Notes under the pieces: model-generated
Databases searched by the model: none
What the model saw: the letters and a program-made list of their open reading frames with translations, nothing else
What the model was told of the DNA's origin: nothing
Shown: one piece after another, positions 28,807 to 38,154 of the stretch
Position numbering within the stretch: the stretch's first letter is position 1
Layout: each line of letters opens with the position of its first letter
Made by a program: the position numbers and the translations under genes
Origin: Methanotrichaceae archaeon
GTDB taxonomy: Archaea > Halobacteriota > Methanosarcinia > Methanotrichales > Methanotrichaceae
Assembly: GCA_963803145.1 (NCBI GenBank)
Contig: CAWDLW010000027.1
Span: 64,001-128,000, forward strand
Direction: 5' to 3'
Length of the DNA stretch: 64,000 nt

Positions 28807-30006
28807 ATGAGGTACGTAGCGGTATTTTTGGTAGCCATAGCCCTCATTGCACTTTCAAGCAGTGCGTTTGCAGAGGATGCAAAGGCTACAAATGATAATT
28901 GCCCGATTAAACCGACAACCTCCTGTATGCCTACAGGTGCAGATTGCCCGACAAGTAGTGGCTGTCCAACTGGACACCATTGCACAACAGATAGCAGTTG
29001 TCCAACAGGATCAGGATGTCCGACTGGTTGTGGCTGTACAACAGGATCTGGATGCACTAGCGGTTCGAGCTGTCCAACTGGCTCAGGCTGCACAACCAAC
29101 TCTGTCTGTGCGTCATGTAGCGGCTGCATAACCAACAGCGGTTGCCCAACCGGCAGCGGCTGTACGACAGGCTCTGGTTGCCCAACAGGAACAGGCTGTA
29201 TTACCGGCTCTGGCTGTACAACTGGCTCAGGCTGTACAACGGGTAGCGGATGCCCAACAGGTTCTGGATGTGCAACTGGATCAGGGTGTGCCACTGCCAG
29301 CAGATGTACAACTAATTCATTCTGTCCGACTAGCTGTGGCTGCGTGACAGGCTCAGGCTGCCCGACAGGGACAGGCTGTACAACTGGCACAGGCTGCCCG
29401 ACTGGAAACCTCTGCACGACCGGCTCAGGCTGTACAACAGGCTGTGACTGCGCCACAGCATCTATTTGTCCAACAGGTAGCGGATGCCCAACAGGTGTGG
29501 GTTGCTCAACAGGATCAACTTGCCCAACAGGTTCAGGCTGCTCAACCAATACGGTATGCCCTAGCGAAACAACCTGCGTAACCAATTCATTCTGTCCGAC
29601 ATGTTCAGGATGCTTAACAACATCCTCTCGTCTGACAGGAGCTACATGTCCAACTGGCTCAGGCTGCACAACCGGCCCCAACTGTCCAAGCGGCACATCA
29701 TGCATAACAGGTACGGGCTGTATAACTGGCACAGGCTGCACAACAGGAGCAGGGTGCACCAGCAGCACATCATGCCCGACTGGAACGAGCTGCACCACAA
29801 ATTCAGTCTGTCCATCCTGCAGCGGCTGCATAACCAATGCCAAGTGCCCGACAAGTACGGGCTGCACAACAGGCTCAGGCTGCACAACTAACTCGTGCTG
29901 TCCAACAAGCAGCGGCTGTGTTACAACCCGTAACTGTCCCACCGGTAGCGGTTGCCCATGCAGTGGATGCAGGTGTCCGACAGGCTCATCTTCGCCGAAA
30001 CATTAA
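28807..30006 (+). CDS. Secreted Cys/Thr/Gly/Ser hexapeptide-repeat protein
   Basis: Signal peptide followed by about 60 units of C-[PT]-T-G-[ST]-G. Varied synonymous codons support a real coding sequence. Confidence 0.85.
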   Translation: MRYVAVFLVAIALIALSSSAFAEDAKATNDNCPIKPTTSCMPTGADCPTSSGCPTGHHCTTDSSCPTGSGCPTGCGCTTGSGCTSGSSCPTGSGCTTNSVCASCSGCITNSGCPTGSGCTTGSGCPTGTGCITGSGCTTGSGCTTGSGCPTGSGCATGSGCATASRCTTNSFCPTSCGCVTGSGCPTGTGCTTGTGCPTGNLCTTGSGCTTGCDCATASICPTGSGCPTGVGCSTGSTCPTGSGCSTNTVCPSETTCVTNSFCPTCSGCLTTSSRLTGATCPTGSGCTTGPNCPSGTSCITGTGCITGTGCTTGAGCTSSTSCPTGTSCTTNSVCPSCSGCITNAKCPTSTGCTTGSGCTTNSCCPTSSGCVTTRNCPTGSGCPCSGCRCPTGSSSPKH

Positions 30007-30074
30007 ATAGCTCTACCGGACCCGCATAGCTGAACCAGCGCTTCATAGTCTAAAGGACGCTTGGTTGATATGCT

Positions 30075-30112
30075 CTGCATGCATACACATGAAGCCACTG
30101 GTATGCATGCAG
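30075..30112 (+). terminator. 12-bp inverted repeat downstream of the Cys-repeat gene
   Basis: CTGCATGCATAC-N14-GTATGCATGCAG, followed by T-rich sequence. Confidence 0.5.
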
Positions 30113-30235
30113 TCGGTTATTTTTCTATTTTTAAGAAGGCTATTTTAGTTATTAATAGGCTGTACTTACTGGAAAATCAATTTTATATAGTCTAGCCGCC
30201 AGTTAATAGATGTAATTGATTTTAGGAGGAATTGA

Positions 30236-30449
30236 ATGAGCGTAGAAGAAAACCCAAGGTTAATGAAAACGTTAGATGATGCTTGGAATGCAGGACCTGA
30301 AGGGCCCTGATGGGAAAATGATTCCTCCAACAAACAAGAAATTCCATATCGAGTTCTGTACGGTAGCTACATGGAAGGATGGCCAGATTGTCGAGGAAAA
30401 GCTGTTCTACGATTTGTTGGGAATGCTGAGGCAAATTGGCGTGATGTAA
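30236..30449 (+). pseudogene. SnoaL-like ester cyclase remnant with an internal deletion
   Basis: GGAGG RBS and MSVEENPRLMKTLDDAWNAGP, then out of frame KGPDGKMIPPTNKKFHIEFCTVATWKDGQIVEEKLFYDLLGMLRQIGVM*. Confidence 0.7.
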
Positions 30450-30479
30450 GGAGATAAAACTTACAAACTTTAATTTGAA

Positions 30480-32039
30480 CCTTAACTCCGCGAATATGGG
30501 GAATAAATTGGGCTTTTAAGTGGTTATTTCGGCTCTAGATTCTTATTTGAGCGAAAGCTTAATTAACCTTTATTCCCCATATGGTGAATATGGAGACTTG
30601 GGCTAAAGAGTGGTTAGAGGATCAAAGAAAGAAAGGAGTTAAATGCCTTGAAATAAAACAGCATGGCGCTAAGCATTATGTTTACCATTCCACGACACAT
30701 TGGGATAAAACTCAAAATAAAGCGATAAAGACCTCAAAATATATTGGTAAACTTGATCAAGAGCGCGGTTTAATAAGGTCCCATGAAGAAGATAGCCAAA
30801 ATGTAAAGGTTGAAAAGTCAACAAAGGTTAGAAGCATTACCGAGTACGGCAATGCCCTTTTGCTTCACGAAGCCATGAAAGACATAAAACCGCTATTGAT
30901 GGAAGGTTTTCCTAACAATTGGTCGGAAATTTATTCGCTTTCTATGTTGAGAGTTATGGGAAATGTCCCTTTAAAAAGAGCTGAAAGCGCATGGCAAAAG
31001 CTCTATAATGTGGAATCCATTGAACCTAATCTCAAGTCTCAACATCTCTCTAAAGTAATGCAAGATATTGGCGGCAACCGCAAAGGTCAGAGCATATTAT
31101 TTAAGGGCCTTCTCGATCAAAGTGAACAGCTTGTATACGATTTAAGTTATATATTTTCGCGTTCTGTAAGCATACGTCAAGCAGAAAAGGGCTATAATAA
31201 AGATAAAATTCAATTACCTCAAATTAACATAGTGCTACTTTGTAACGCTGAAACTGGGCTGCCAACTATGATAAGATCCCTTCCAGGCAGTGTCAAAGAC
31301 ATAGCAACCCTGAGAAAATCCCTTTCTGAATTTGATATCCAAAACAAGATGCTCATATTGGATAGAGGTTTCTCCTCAGAAGATGTCTTTTCGGATTTAA
31401 ATGAACTTGATATCTCATACCTTATTCCGGCGAAAAGAAATAGCCATTATTATGATACGCGCATTCACCTAAATAGTCACTTTCGCTACCGTAAGCGGCT
31501 AATTCGATGTGGTAGCAGAATGTGCAAAGACAAGTATCTCTATCTATTTGAAGATCAAGAACTCTTGCTTGAAGAGCGTAATACCCTTTACGATAAACTT
31601 GATAAAGGTGAGATTGATAGAAATCACTTTGATAAAAATTTTAAAAAAGCTGGAAGGATTTTAATTCTGTCAAATCGAAAGATGTCTGAGCAGGAAGCTT
31701 ATGAATTCTACAAGAAAAGGGACGTTGTCGAGAAATTATTCGATACCTATAAATCAACTTTGTATGCAGATAGATTATACCTACATAACGATGAAAGCGT
31801 TTTCGGACATGTATTTATTGGATTTTTATCTCTCTACGCATATTGTAAAATCGAATCTCTATTAAAGAAAGCCAATCTAAATAGAACTATGATACCAATG
31901 GATTTACTATTTGAGTTTAGCAAAATATATCATATCGACTTTGGTGAAGAGGACGCTATTATGGAAATTCCTAAGAAAGTTCGTGATCTAGATGTAAGGC
32001 TTAAACTAAATCTATTCCCCACGTAATGCGGAGTTAAGG
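30480..32039 (+). mobile_element. IS1634-family element
   Basis: IRs CCTTAACTCCGC...TGGGGAATA. 6-bp duplication TTTGAA at 30474-30479 and 32040-32045. Confidence 0.9.
30581..32026 (+). CDS. IS1634-family transposase
   Basis: YDLS, GYNKDKIQLPQIN, ILDRGF, YKKRDVVEKLF. Confidence 0.9.
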   Translation: MVNMETWAKEWLEDQRKKGVKCLEIKQHGAKHYVYHSTTHWDKTQNKAIKTSKYIGKLDQERGLIRSHEEDSQNVKVEKSTKVRSITEYGNALLLHEAMKDIKPLLMEGFPNNWSEIYSLSMLRVMGNVPLKRAESAWQKLYNVESIEPNLKSQHLSKVMQDIGGNRKGQSILFKGLLDQSEQLVYDLSYIFSRSVSIRQAEKGYNKDKIQLPQINIVLLCNAETGLPTMIRSLPGSVKDIATLRKSLSEFDIQNKMLILDRGFSSEDVFSDLNELDISYLIPAKRNSHYYDTRIHLNSHFRYRKRLIRCGSRMCKDKYLYLFEDQELLLEERNTLYDKLDKGEIDRNHFDKNFKKAGRILILSNRKMSEQEAYEFYKKRDVVEKLFDTYKSTLYADRLYLHNDESVFGHVFIGFLSLYAYCKIESLLKKANLNRTMIPMDLLFEFSKIYHIDFGEEDAIMEIPKKVRDLDVRLKLNLFPT

Positions 32040-32137
32040 TTTGAAATGAATACATGCAGCTTGCGGCGAAGAGTCAAACGGTTGCCACACACGGGCAACA
32101 GGGTATTACGTTTAAATGTAAAAAAAAATCTAAAGCC

Positions 32138-33763
32138 CTAGGTGGGCTCCGTGGAGTTAAAAATCTCAATCCTACCTTCCTCCTTTGGAGCCACAGGGCT
32201 ATTTTTCTTGATATAGGCTGCCAGAGGGTCAACGTCGTTCACAGTGGTATCATACTTTCTCTCTGCCAGCATCTCAGCGAAGAGATAGAAGCCATCTCCA
32301 CCCGCGGCAGTAAAGCTTGGAACCACAGCCTCGTACCTCTTTAGCACATCGAGCGGCTCCCATGTGCCGTTCCTCTGCACAAAGATCCCCGATACTCTTC
32401 TGCCTGGACTTATCATCTTTTTTAGCTTCCGTCCGTCGTAAGTGGCAGCAAAAGGCTCTGCGTTTCTATCAATCTTGAATTTGATTCCGGCCACCTGCAG
32501 AAAACCACCCTCCTGGACCCCTGTAACCTCTGGATCAAGTGCTGCAGCGCTCACCTCTAGCATCTTCTTGATATCCTCGCCAGTCATATTGATTAGAACG
32601 AGAGTGTTGCCGAATGGGAGGATGGCCTTAATGGTCTGGTATGAGATGGGTCCCTTAGGATAAATCCTGTCTCCACGTATTCCTCCTCCATTGGTTACAG
32701 CAATATCGGCCTTTGGGAACCAGGCAAGAGAGGCATCCGATATGAGGTTACCGAGCGGCATTTCTTGGCTTCGCACTAACTTACTTCTGGCATCCAGATC
32801 CACTGCAGTAGATCCTATCTCCTGAGATAGCTTTTTCTGGTAATCCTCAACAAAGGGTGCAAGATAGTCCCGGATGGCTGGATTATAGCCGATGCTTTCG
32901 TTAAGGGGCACTGCTTGCCAGTGAGGACTCTCGATTCCTCTTCCTGTATAGGTGAAGCTCAAAACGCCCACGCGCACGGCGTTCATACCATCCTGGACAA
33001 TCAGCGTCCGCCAGCTATCGGGGCCATTTATGGAGGTATTAACGTAGGTATGATCATGTCCTCCCACAATCAGATCGATGCCAGAAACATTTCTCGCCAG
33101 ATCTTCATCCTGGGCAGATCCCATATGGGAGATAGCTATGATTAGATCAGCACCCTGGCTTCTCAAAGTTTTGACCTGCTCTGATGCTACAACCTCAACA
33201 TCAGTTTTAACAGAGATGCCCCCTCCAGTATTGGCAAGCCTGTCAAGATCAGGGGTCATCAACCCGAAGAGGCCGATTTTAACACCTGAGATATTTAGTA
33301 AGATCGAGGGTTTGATGGCTGACTTAAGCTCCGGATCCTTGACCTCAAGGTTGGCACAAAGAATAGGGAAGCCGACATGCTTAGTCGCATTCAAGTAAAC
33401 AGGCCAGCCCATATCGAACTTGTGGTTGCCAGGACAGGCTGCATCGTAGCCAGCCATAGTCATGGCCTTCATCTCCGGCTCGCCCTGGAAGAATTCATAG
33501 AATGCCCCCATCAGGTCATCACCCGATGAGAGGAGCAATGATCCATCTGTGCTTGCTCTCACGCTTTTGGCAAAGGCGCTGATCCTTTCCAGACCGCCTT
33601 GCGATGGTCCTCCAGGGGTAGCGTTGAAGGGCACAACCCGGCTTTGCAAATCTGATGTAGTCATGACAGCCAGCTTTAGAGGAACATTGGCGGCATGGTC
33701 CATAGCAGGGCTTGGTGCTATCATAATGATACAAGCAATAATCCAAAAGAGACTGTTCTTCAT
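32138..33763 (-). CDS. Secreted 5'-nucleotidase/UDP-sugar hydrolase family metallophosphoesterase
   Basis: Signal peptide; SGD, GNHKFD, SHMG, GGHDH; C-terminal domain NGGGIRG, LPFGN, GGDGF. Confidence 0.9.
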   Translation of the reverse strand: MKNSLFWIIACIIMIAPSPAMDHAANVPLKLAVMTTSDLQSRVVPFNATPGGPSQGGLERISAFAKSVRASTDGSLLLSSGDDLMGAFYEFFQGEPEMKAMTMAGYDAACPGNHKFDMGWPVYLNATKHVGFPILCANLEVKDPELKSAIKPSILLNISGVKIGLFGLMTPDLDRLANTGGGISVKTDVEVVASEQVKTLRSQGADLIIAISHMGSAQDEDLARNVSGIDLIVGGHDHTYVNTSINGPDSWRTLIVQDGMNAVRVGVLSFTYTGRGIESPHWQAVPLNESIGYNPAIRDYLAPFVEDYQKKLSQEIGSTAVDLDARSKLVRSQEMPLGNLISDASLAWFPKADIAVTNGGGIRGDRIYPKGPISYQTIKAILPFGNTLVLINMTGEDIKKMLEVSAAALDPEVTGVQEGGFLQVAGIKFKIDRNAEPFAATYDGRKLKKMISPGRRVSGIFVQRNGTWEPLDVLKRYEAVVPSFTAAGGDGFYLFAEMLAERKYDTTVNDVDPLAAYIKKNSPVAPKEEGRIEIFNSTEPT

Positions 33764-34049
33764 GGCTATATCTCCATGTAGGCTGACTTGTCATCACAGG
33801 CTAAAAATCTTTTCGGTTTGCATAATTATGCGATGGACGTCAGTCCCATCCACAGATCAATAAAAATAAGCTGAAGGCACCTGGACATGTAGGTGCCCTC
33901 CTTTCAAGAGTGCATACCGATTGCTATATCAATCCATACTGATTAGTTCAATCCGCCAAGGCTATTTTGTATCTGGGGTTACTACTATGAATATATATAT
34001 GGATGTACGTTTTTGCAATTAAAACTGATTCAACAACCACTAACTACCC

Positions 34050-36194
34050 TCACTTTAAACCTTTAAAATGAATCCCACATCTAGTTCCATTGATTGTATC
34101 GAGACTCATCTTGCCATCGATCTGCTTAACAAGGGTATCTATCAGTCTGAACCCCAATGTCTTCGAGTCTTTGATATTCAGGTCCCCCTTGATCCCTATC
34201 CCGTTATCGCTTATAACAAGCTTAAAGCAGTCATCCTCAGAACTGAGATCTATACGGATCTCACCGCTCCTGCCACCTGGAAAGGCGTGCTTAATAGAGT
34301 TGGAGACCAGCTCGTTTATGATCATGCCGCAGGGAATAGCTGTGTTTATATTCAAAAAAATATTATCTGAATTAACTTTAAAGTCGATCTTGCGTGAGAG
34401 ATCCCCATAAGATTGAGATAAATAGGCAATCAGCTGCCTTATGTATTCATTGAAATTGACCTTTCCTAGATTTTCAGATTTATACAAATTTTCATGAATG
34501 AGCGCCATGGATTTGATCCGATTCTGGCAATCTTTGAAGATTTTTGTTATATTATCATCGACAAGCTCCGATGACTGTAGAGAAAGAAGAGCAGAGATCA
34601 CCTGCAGGTTATTCTTGACACGGTGATGAACTTCTTTTAGCAGTAACTCTTTCTCAGCAAGGGACGCTATAACCTTTTCCTCGGCCTGCTTGCGCTCAGT
34701 TATGTCCAAAAGAGATGCGACACTTCTCTTTGTCCCAGGGATATTATCAATACGCAGTAGTATATCACTAACATGGCCATTCCTATCTTTGGCTCTAAAC
34801 TCGTAGCTCCTCAGGGCTGCATCGGGATCTATTCTTCTCAATTTGTGCTGCTCCATCATCCTTTTAAGGTCTTCTTCTACAGCGAACTCTGTCCAGCTAA
34901 TCTTGCCCTCAATCTCCCCTTTGCTATATCCAACAAACTTTTCGAACTCTGAATTGGCCAGCGATATGATAGTGTTCTCCTCAACAATTATCGTTGCAGT
35001 GCCCGTATTCTCAAAAATGGCCCTGTACCTATTCTCCGATTCCAGCAGTGCCTTCTCTGCCACTTTGCGTTCGGTAATATCTTCGCCAGAGCTGAGGGTT
35101 CCGATAATGCAACCGTTTTCATCTTTGAGGATTGTAGTGTGCCACGCTATAAAACGCTTTTCACCTTTTTTAGTAAGAACGTAATTCTCATAATATTCGA
35201 AAGCATCGATTTCACCTGAGTTGATTTTTCTGTTGACCTCATGAACTTGCTGGTGCTCTTGGGGAAGTAGACAGGTATGGATCCAATCTTTGCCTATAAG
35301 TTCGCCTTCTTCATATCCAAGCACTTGATGGCCCTTCCGATTTAGGAGGGTTATTCTGGCATGGGTGTCAAGGGCCACAATGATGACTTCCACAATGTTA
35401 AGGTATCTTTCTGCCAGATCTCGTTCTGCCCTGAGAGCTTCTTCTGCCAGCTTACGTTCTGTAATCTCTTCGGATAACATGGCATTCTTTGCTCCCATCT
35501 TAGCAGTGCCTTCTCTGACGAGTTCTTCGAGGTGATCCCTGTGCTTTGCGAGCTCAGCTTCGGCCCTTTTGCGTTCTGCAAGTTCGTTGTCGGCACGTTC
35601 CAATGAATTATGCACGGATTGAAGTGCGGAAAAAGTAAGGCTGCCGGCTCCGCCAAAGATAGCTGTGTATGTGACCCACTGGCTGATGGTGATTGAATAA
35701 TTAGGAGGCGGCAATAGTCCCATAGTTTCTGCCATCATCAGTCCGCCGACCAAGAGAGAGCTGACGGCTGCCGTAACAATCATTCCCCTGAGGTCAAATA
35801 GCAAGCCCGCAGTAATTATCAGCAGCAAGTACATCGCTGTAGTGGGCACACGGATGGTGCCTAAACCTGCGATAATTGCTGTGACACCAATCAACCCCAA
35901 AGCTATCAGACTGATGCTCGTTAGATTTACTCTGCCATGACGCAGCCAGTAGTACAAGATTAAGCATAATATAAAACCCAGAGCATCCATCCCAATCACA
36001 AATACCGGAATCTTGCCGCTAAGGAAATTGGCGATAACGATGACAGGTAGGACCACCAAAAGGTTAATCAATGCGAGGTTGAGCATATTTGCTCGCCGCG
36101 TTTTGTCTTCCTCGTCTGGGAAAACTGGGGGCTCGAGCCATTGTTTGATTCGGAGATTCAGTTCTTCTCTTGGGATGGTTTTTGAAAATCTCAT
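34050..36194 (-). CDS. Membrane PAS-PAS sensor histidine kinase (HisKA_2 type)
   Basis: Multi-TM N-terminus, two PAS/PAC domains (DITERK), EVHHRVKNNLQ, NELVSNSIKHAF, DNGIG. Confidence 0.95.
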   Translation of the reverse strand: MRFSKTIPREELNLRIKQWLEPPVFPDEEDKTRRANMLNLALINLLVVLPVIVIANFLSGKIPVFVIGMDALGFILCLILYYWLRHGRVNLTSISLIALGLIGVTAIIAGLGTIRVPTTAMYLLLIITAGLLFDLRGMIVTAAVSSLLVGGLMMAETMGLLPPPNYSITISQWVTYTAIFGGAGSLTFSALQSVHNSLERADNELAERKRAEAELAKHRDHLEELVREGTAKMGAKNAMLSEEITERKLAEEALRAERDLAERYLNIVEVIIVALDTHARITLLNRKGHQVLGYEEGELIGKDWIHTCLLPQEHQQVHEVNRKINSGEIDAFEYYENYVLTKKGEKRFIAWHTTILKDENGCIIGTLSSGEDITERKVAEKALLESENRYRAIFENTGTATIIVEENTIISLANSEFEKFVGYSKGEIEGKISWTEFAVEEDLKRMMEQHKLRRIDPDAALRSYEFRAKDRNGHVSDILLRIDNIPGTKRSVASLLDITERKQAEEKVIASLAEKELLLKEVHHRVKNNLQVISALLSLQSSELVDDNITKIFKDCQNRIKSMALIHENLYKSENLGKVNFNEYIRQLIAYLSQSYGDLSRKIDFKVNSDNIFLNINTAIPCGMIINELVSNSIKHAFPGGRSGEIRIDLSSEDDCFKLVISDNGIGIKGDLNIKDSKTLGFRLIDTLVKQIDGKMSLDTINGTRCGIHFKGLK

Positions 36195-36264
36195 TAATCT
36201 TCCCCGGCTTATGACATTCTTGTTGGTAGAGCGCTGAAATTTCGGTAAATACCATGGTTTTATT

Positions 36265-37795
36265 GAACATGCTCAATAGCAGGTAAAATTAGCCGACCTT
36301 TGGGATCATATCGGCTAATCTTGGCATAGAAAAGCTATTAGAATAAATATCCTTGACATACAAATAGAATCTAACCTTTTGCTTTCTGCAAGTATCAAGC
36401 ATAGAAAGCAAATTCCCCCAGGCTGCTTTGCCTAACTCAGATCTAGTGCCATAGCTGATCTTTCTTTTTAGCACACCCTCGCGAACAGCTATTTCAGATC
36501 CATTGTTGTGAAGAGGGATCTCCGGAAAATCGAGCATAAGGAGCAACTTATCTCGATCGCTATGGGTCGATGCTATCCGCTTGTCCAGTTCGAAGTATCC
36601 TGTAGTCGTTGTAAACAGGGATTCAAACCTTCGTTCAATTAACCTTCTGAGATCAATCTTTGGTTGGGATTTGAATTTCTTCAATAAATCGTAGAACTTC
36701 CAAAGACTGGCAATGAATTTTTCCAGAATTGATCGGTGAAGGTCCAAATAAGGTTTCAACTTAATGTAATGCTGTATCTCGTGTAACCAGCAGTGACCAT
36801 GATGGCAAGCTATGCCGTCATATTGATGAGCACTATCGGTTACCATCGGAGTAGGCGTCAAGACTCCATCCAATAATCCGAGCAGGTCTCTAATTGTTTT
36901 TCGCTTCCTGTTTTTCTCGATAAAATAAGTAGAAAATTCTTCATTGCCGATATAATGCATATCGCCATTCTTGGCTGAATGCCTTGCGCCAGTACTATCG
37001 GTTTGGAAATACTTGGCGCACCTCATACCGGTTTCAAATATTGCTGATTTCTCAGCTGAGAAGACTCCGCTCTTCTCTTTAGTCAGTATATTTGAGATTT
37101 CGCCTTCTGAGATGAAGATACCAAAATCAGTTAAGATACTATGGATCTTGTTTTCAGTCACTCTGCCTGCATAATAAAATGTAGCAATGAGCGCCTTTAG
37201 GTCGCTGCCAAATTGGGTGTTCTGAATTTCCTTTGGAAGCTCAGCATAATAATGCTTGTCCAGTGACTTGGAATAATAGTGTCCTCGCCGATATTCGATA
37301 TTATCAGTCTGTAGCTTGATATTTTGGATTATTACAGGTTCATACCCACGGTATACAGCATCCGGCGGCAAGATATCGGACTCGATATCTAACCAAACTA
37401 CTCGATTGATCTTTATCTTGGGATTCTTCGATCCCTTTGACCATTTCTTAGACTTCTCTGCTGATGCTTGTTTTGGTTCCAGATTAGGGATGTTTGGCGC
37501 GATCTTCGGTTTGCCCTTCAAACCTTTTAATCTTGCTATTTCATCACCTTGTTGTTGGATTATCTCATTTTGCCGCCGTATCACTTGAGCTTGATATTCT
37601 ATAAAGTTGAGCAACTTTCGGAATAGCTCTTTAGTTGCCTCCTTGTCATCGAAGTCGATCTTATCGATATCAAGGGTTATTATTTCTTCTTCAATTGCCT
37701 TATCCACAAGTATACTTATTTAGTTTTCTCAGCATTTTTAATTTCTGAACGATACGTCTTAATCTGCTGATCTGAACAAGCTATTGAGCATGTTC
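36265..37795 (-). mobile_element. IS66-family (single-ORF type) element
   Basis: Perfect 16-bp IRs GAACATGCTCAATAGC. 8-bp duplication GTTTTATT at 36257-36264 and 37796-37803. Confidence 0.9.
36289..37707 (-). CDS. IS66-family transposase
   Basis: N-terminal coiled coil, QTDSTG, VTD, CWLH, PLHNNGSEIAVR...KRKISYGTRS. Confidence 0.85.
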   Translation of the reverse strand: MDKAIEEEIITLDIDKIDFDDKEATKELFRKLLNFIEYQAQVIRRQNEIIQQQGDEIARLKGLKGKPKIAPNIPNLEPKQASAEKSKKWSKGSKNPKIKINRVVWLDIESDILPPDAVYRGYEPVIIQNIKLQTDNIEYRRGHYYSKSLDKHYYAELPKEIQNTQFGSDLKALIATFYYAGRVTENKIHSILTDFGIFISEGEISNILTKEKSGVFSAEKSAIFETGMRCAKYFQTDSTGARHSAKNGDMHYIGNEEFSTYFIEKNRKRKTIRDLLGLLDGVLTPTPMVTDSAHQYDGIACHHGHCWLHEIQHYIKLKPYLDLHRSILEKFIASLWKFYDLLKKFKSQPKIDLRRLIERRFESLFTTTTGYFELDKRIASTHSDRDKLLLMLDFPEIPLHNNGSEIAVREGVLKRKISYGTRSELGKAAWGNLLSMLDTCRKQKVRFYLYVKDIYSNSFSMPRLADMIPKVG

Positions 37796-37936
37796 GTTTT
37801 ATTAAATAAATGTATCGGACTTAAAATGAGCAAGGTTAATTCCTATGAAATGTATTTGATAATGATATTGCGAGGGAATTTATAAAAACCACGGTTCGGC
37901 CATAAATTTGAGATGTATAATTATGTTTCAATTATA

Positions 37937-38132
37937 GTATGTGTTTAGCTCACTTCAATCAACATCAGTAAACCATTTTTATGTATTTCACATAGCCGGT
38001 TCCAAAGAGCTAACTTCAAGTAACTTCGGTTACAGATGTTGTTTTTCTATTTTGCGCAAGTTGCTGGTCGGCGTTCCTTCATCGACCAAGATCGAGATCA
38101 AGCGAACGATTCTAGGAGAGCTAAACACATAC
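37937..38132. mobile_element. 196-bp MITE-like non-autonomous element
   Basis: Perfect 15-bp IRs GTATGTGTTTAGCTC / GAGCTAAACACATAC, flanked by CAATTATA and CAATTACA (7/8). Confidence 0.75.
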
Positions 38133-38154
38133 CAATTACAATAGTTACTATACC

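Noticed and set aside
28749-29942. 397-aa minus-strand ORF (VQPEPV repeats)
   Set aside because: Antisense shadow of the Cys hexapeptide gene, whose codons give no stops on the reverse strand. The plus-strand ORF has the signal peptide and RBS-like sequence.
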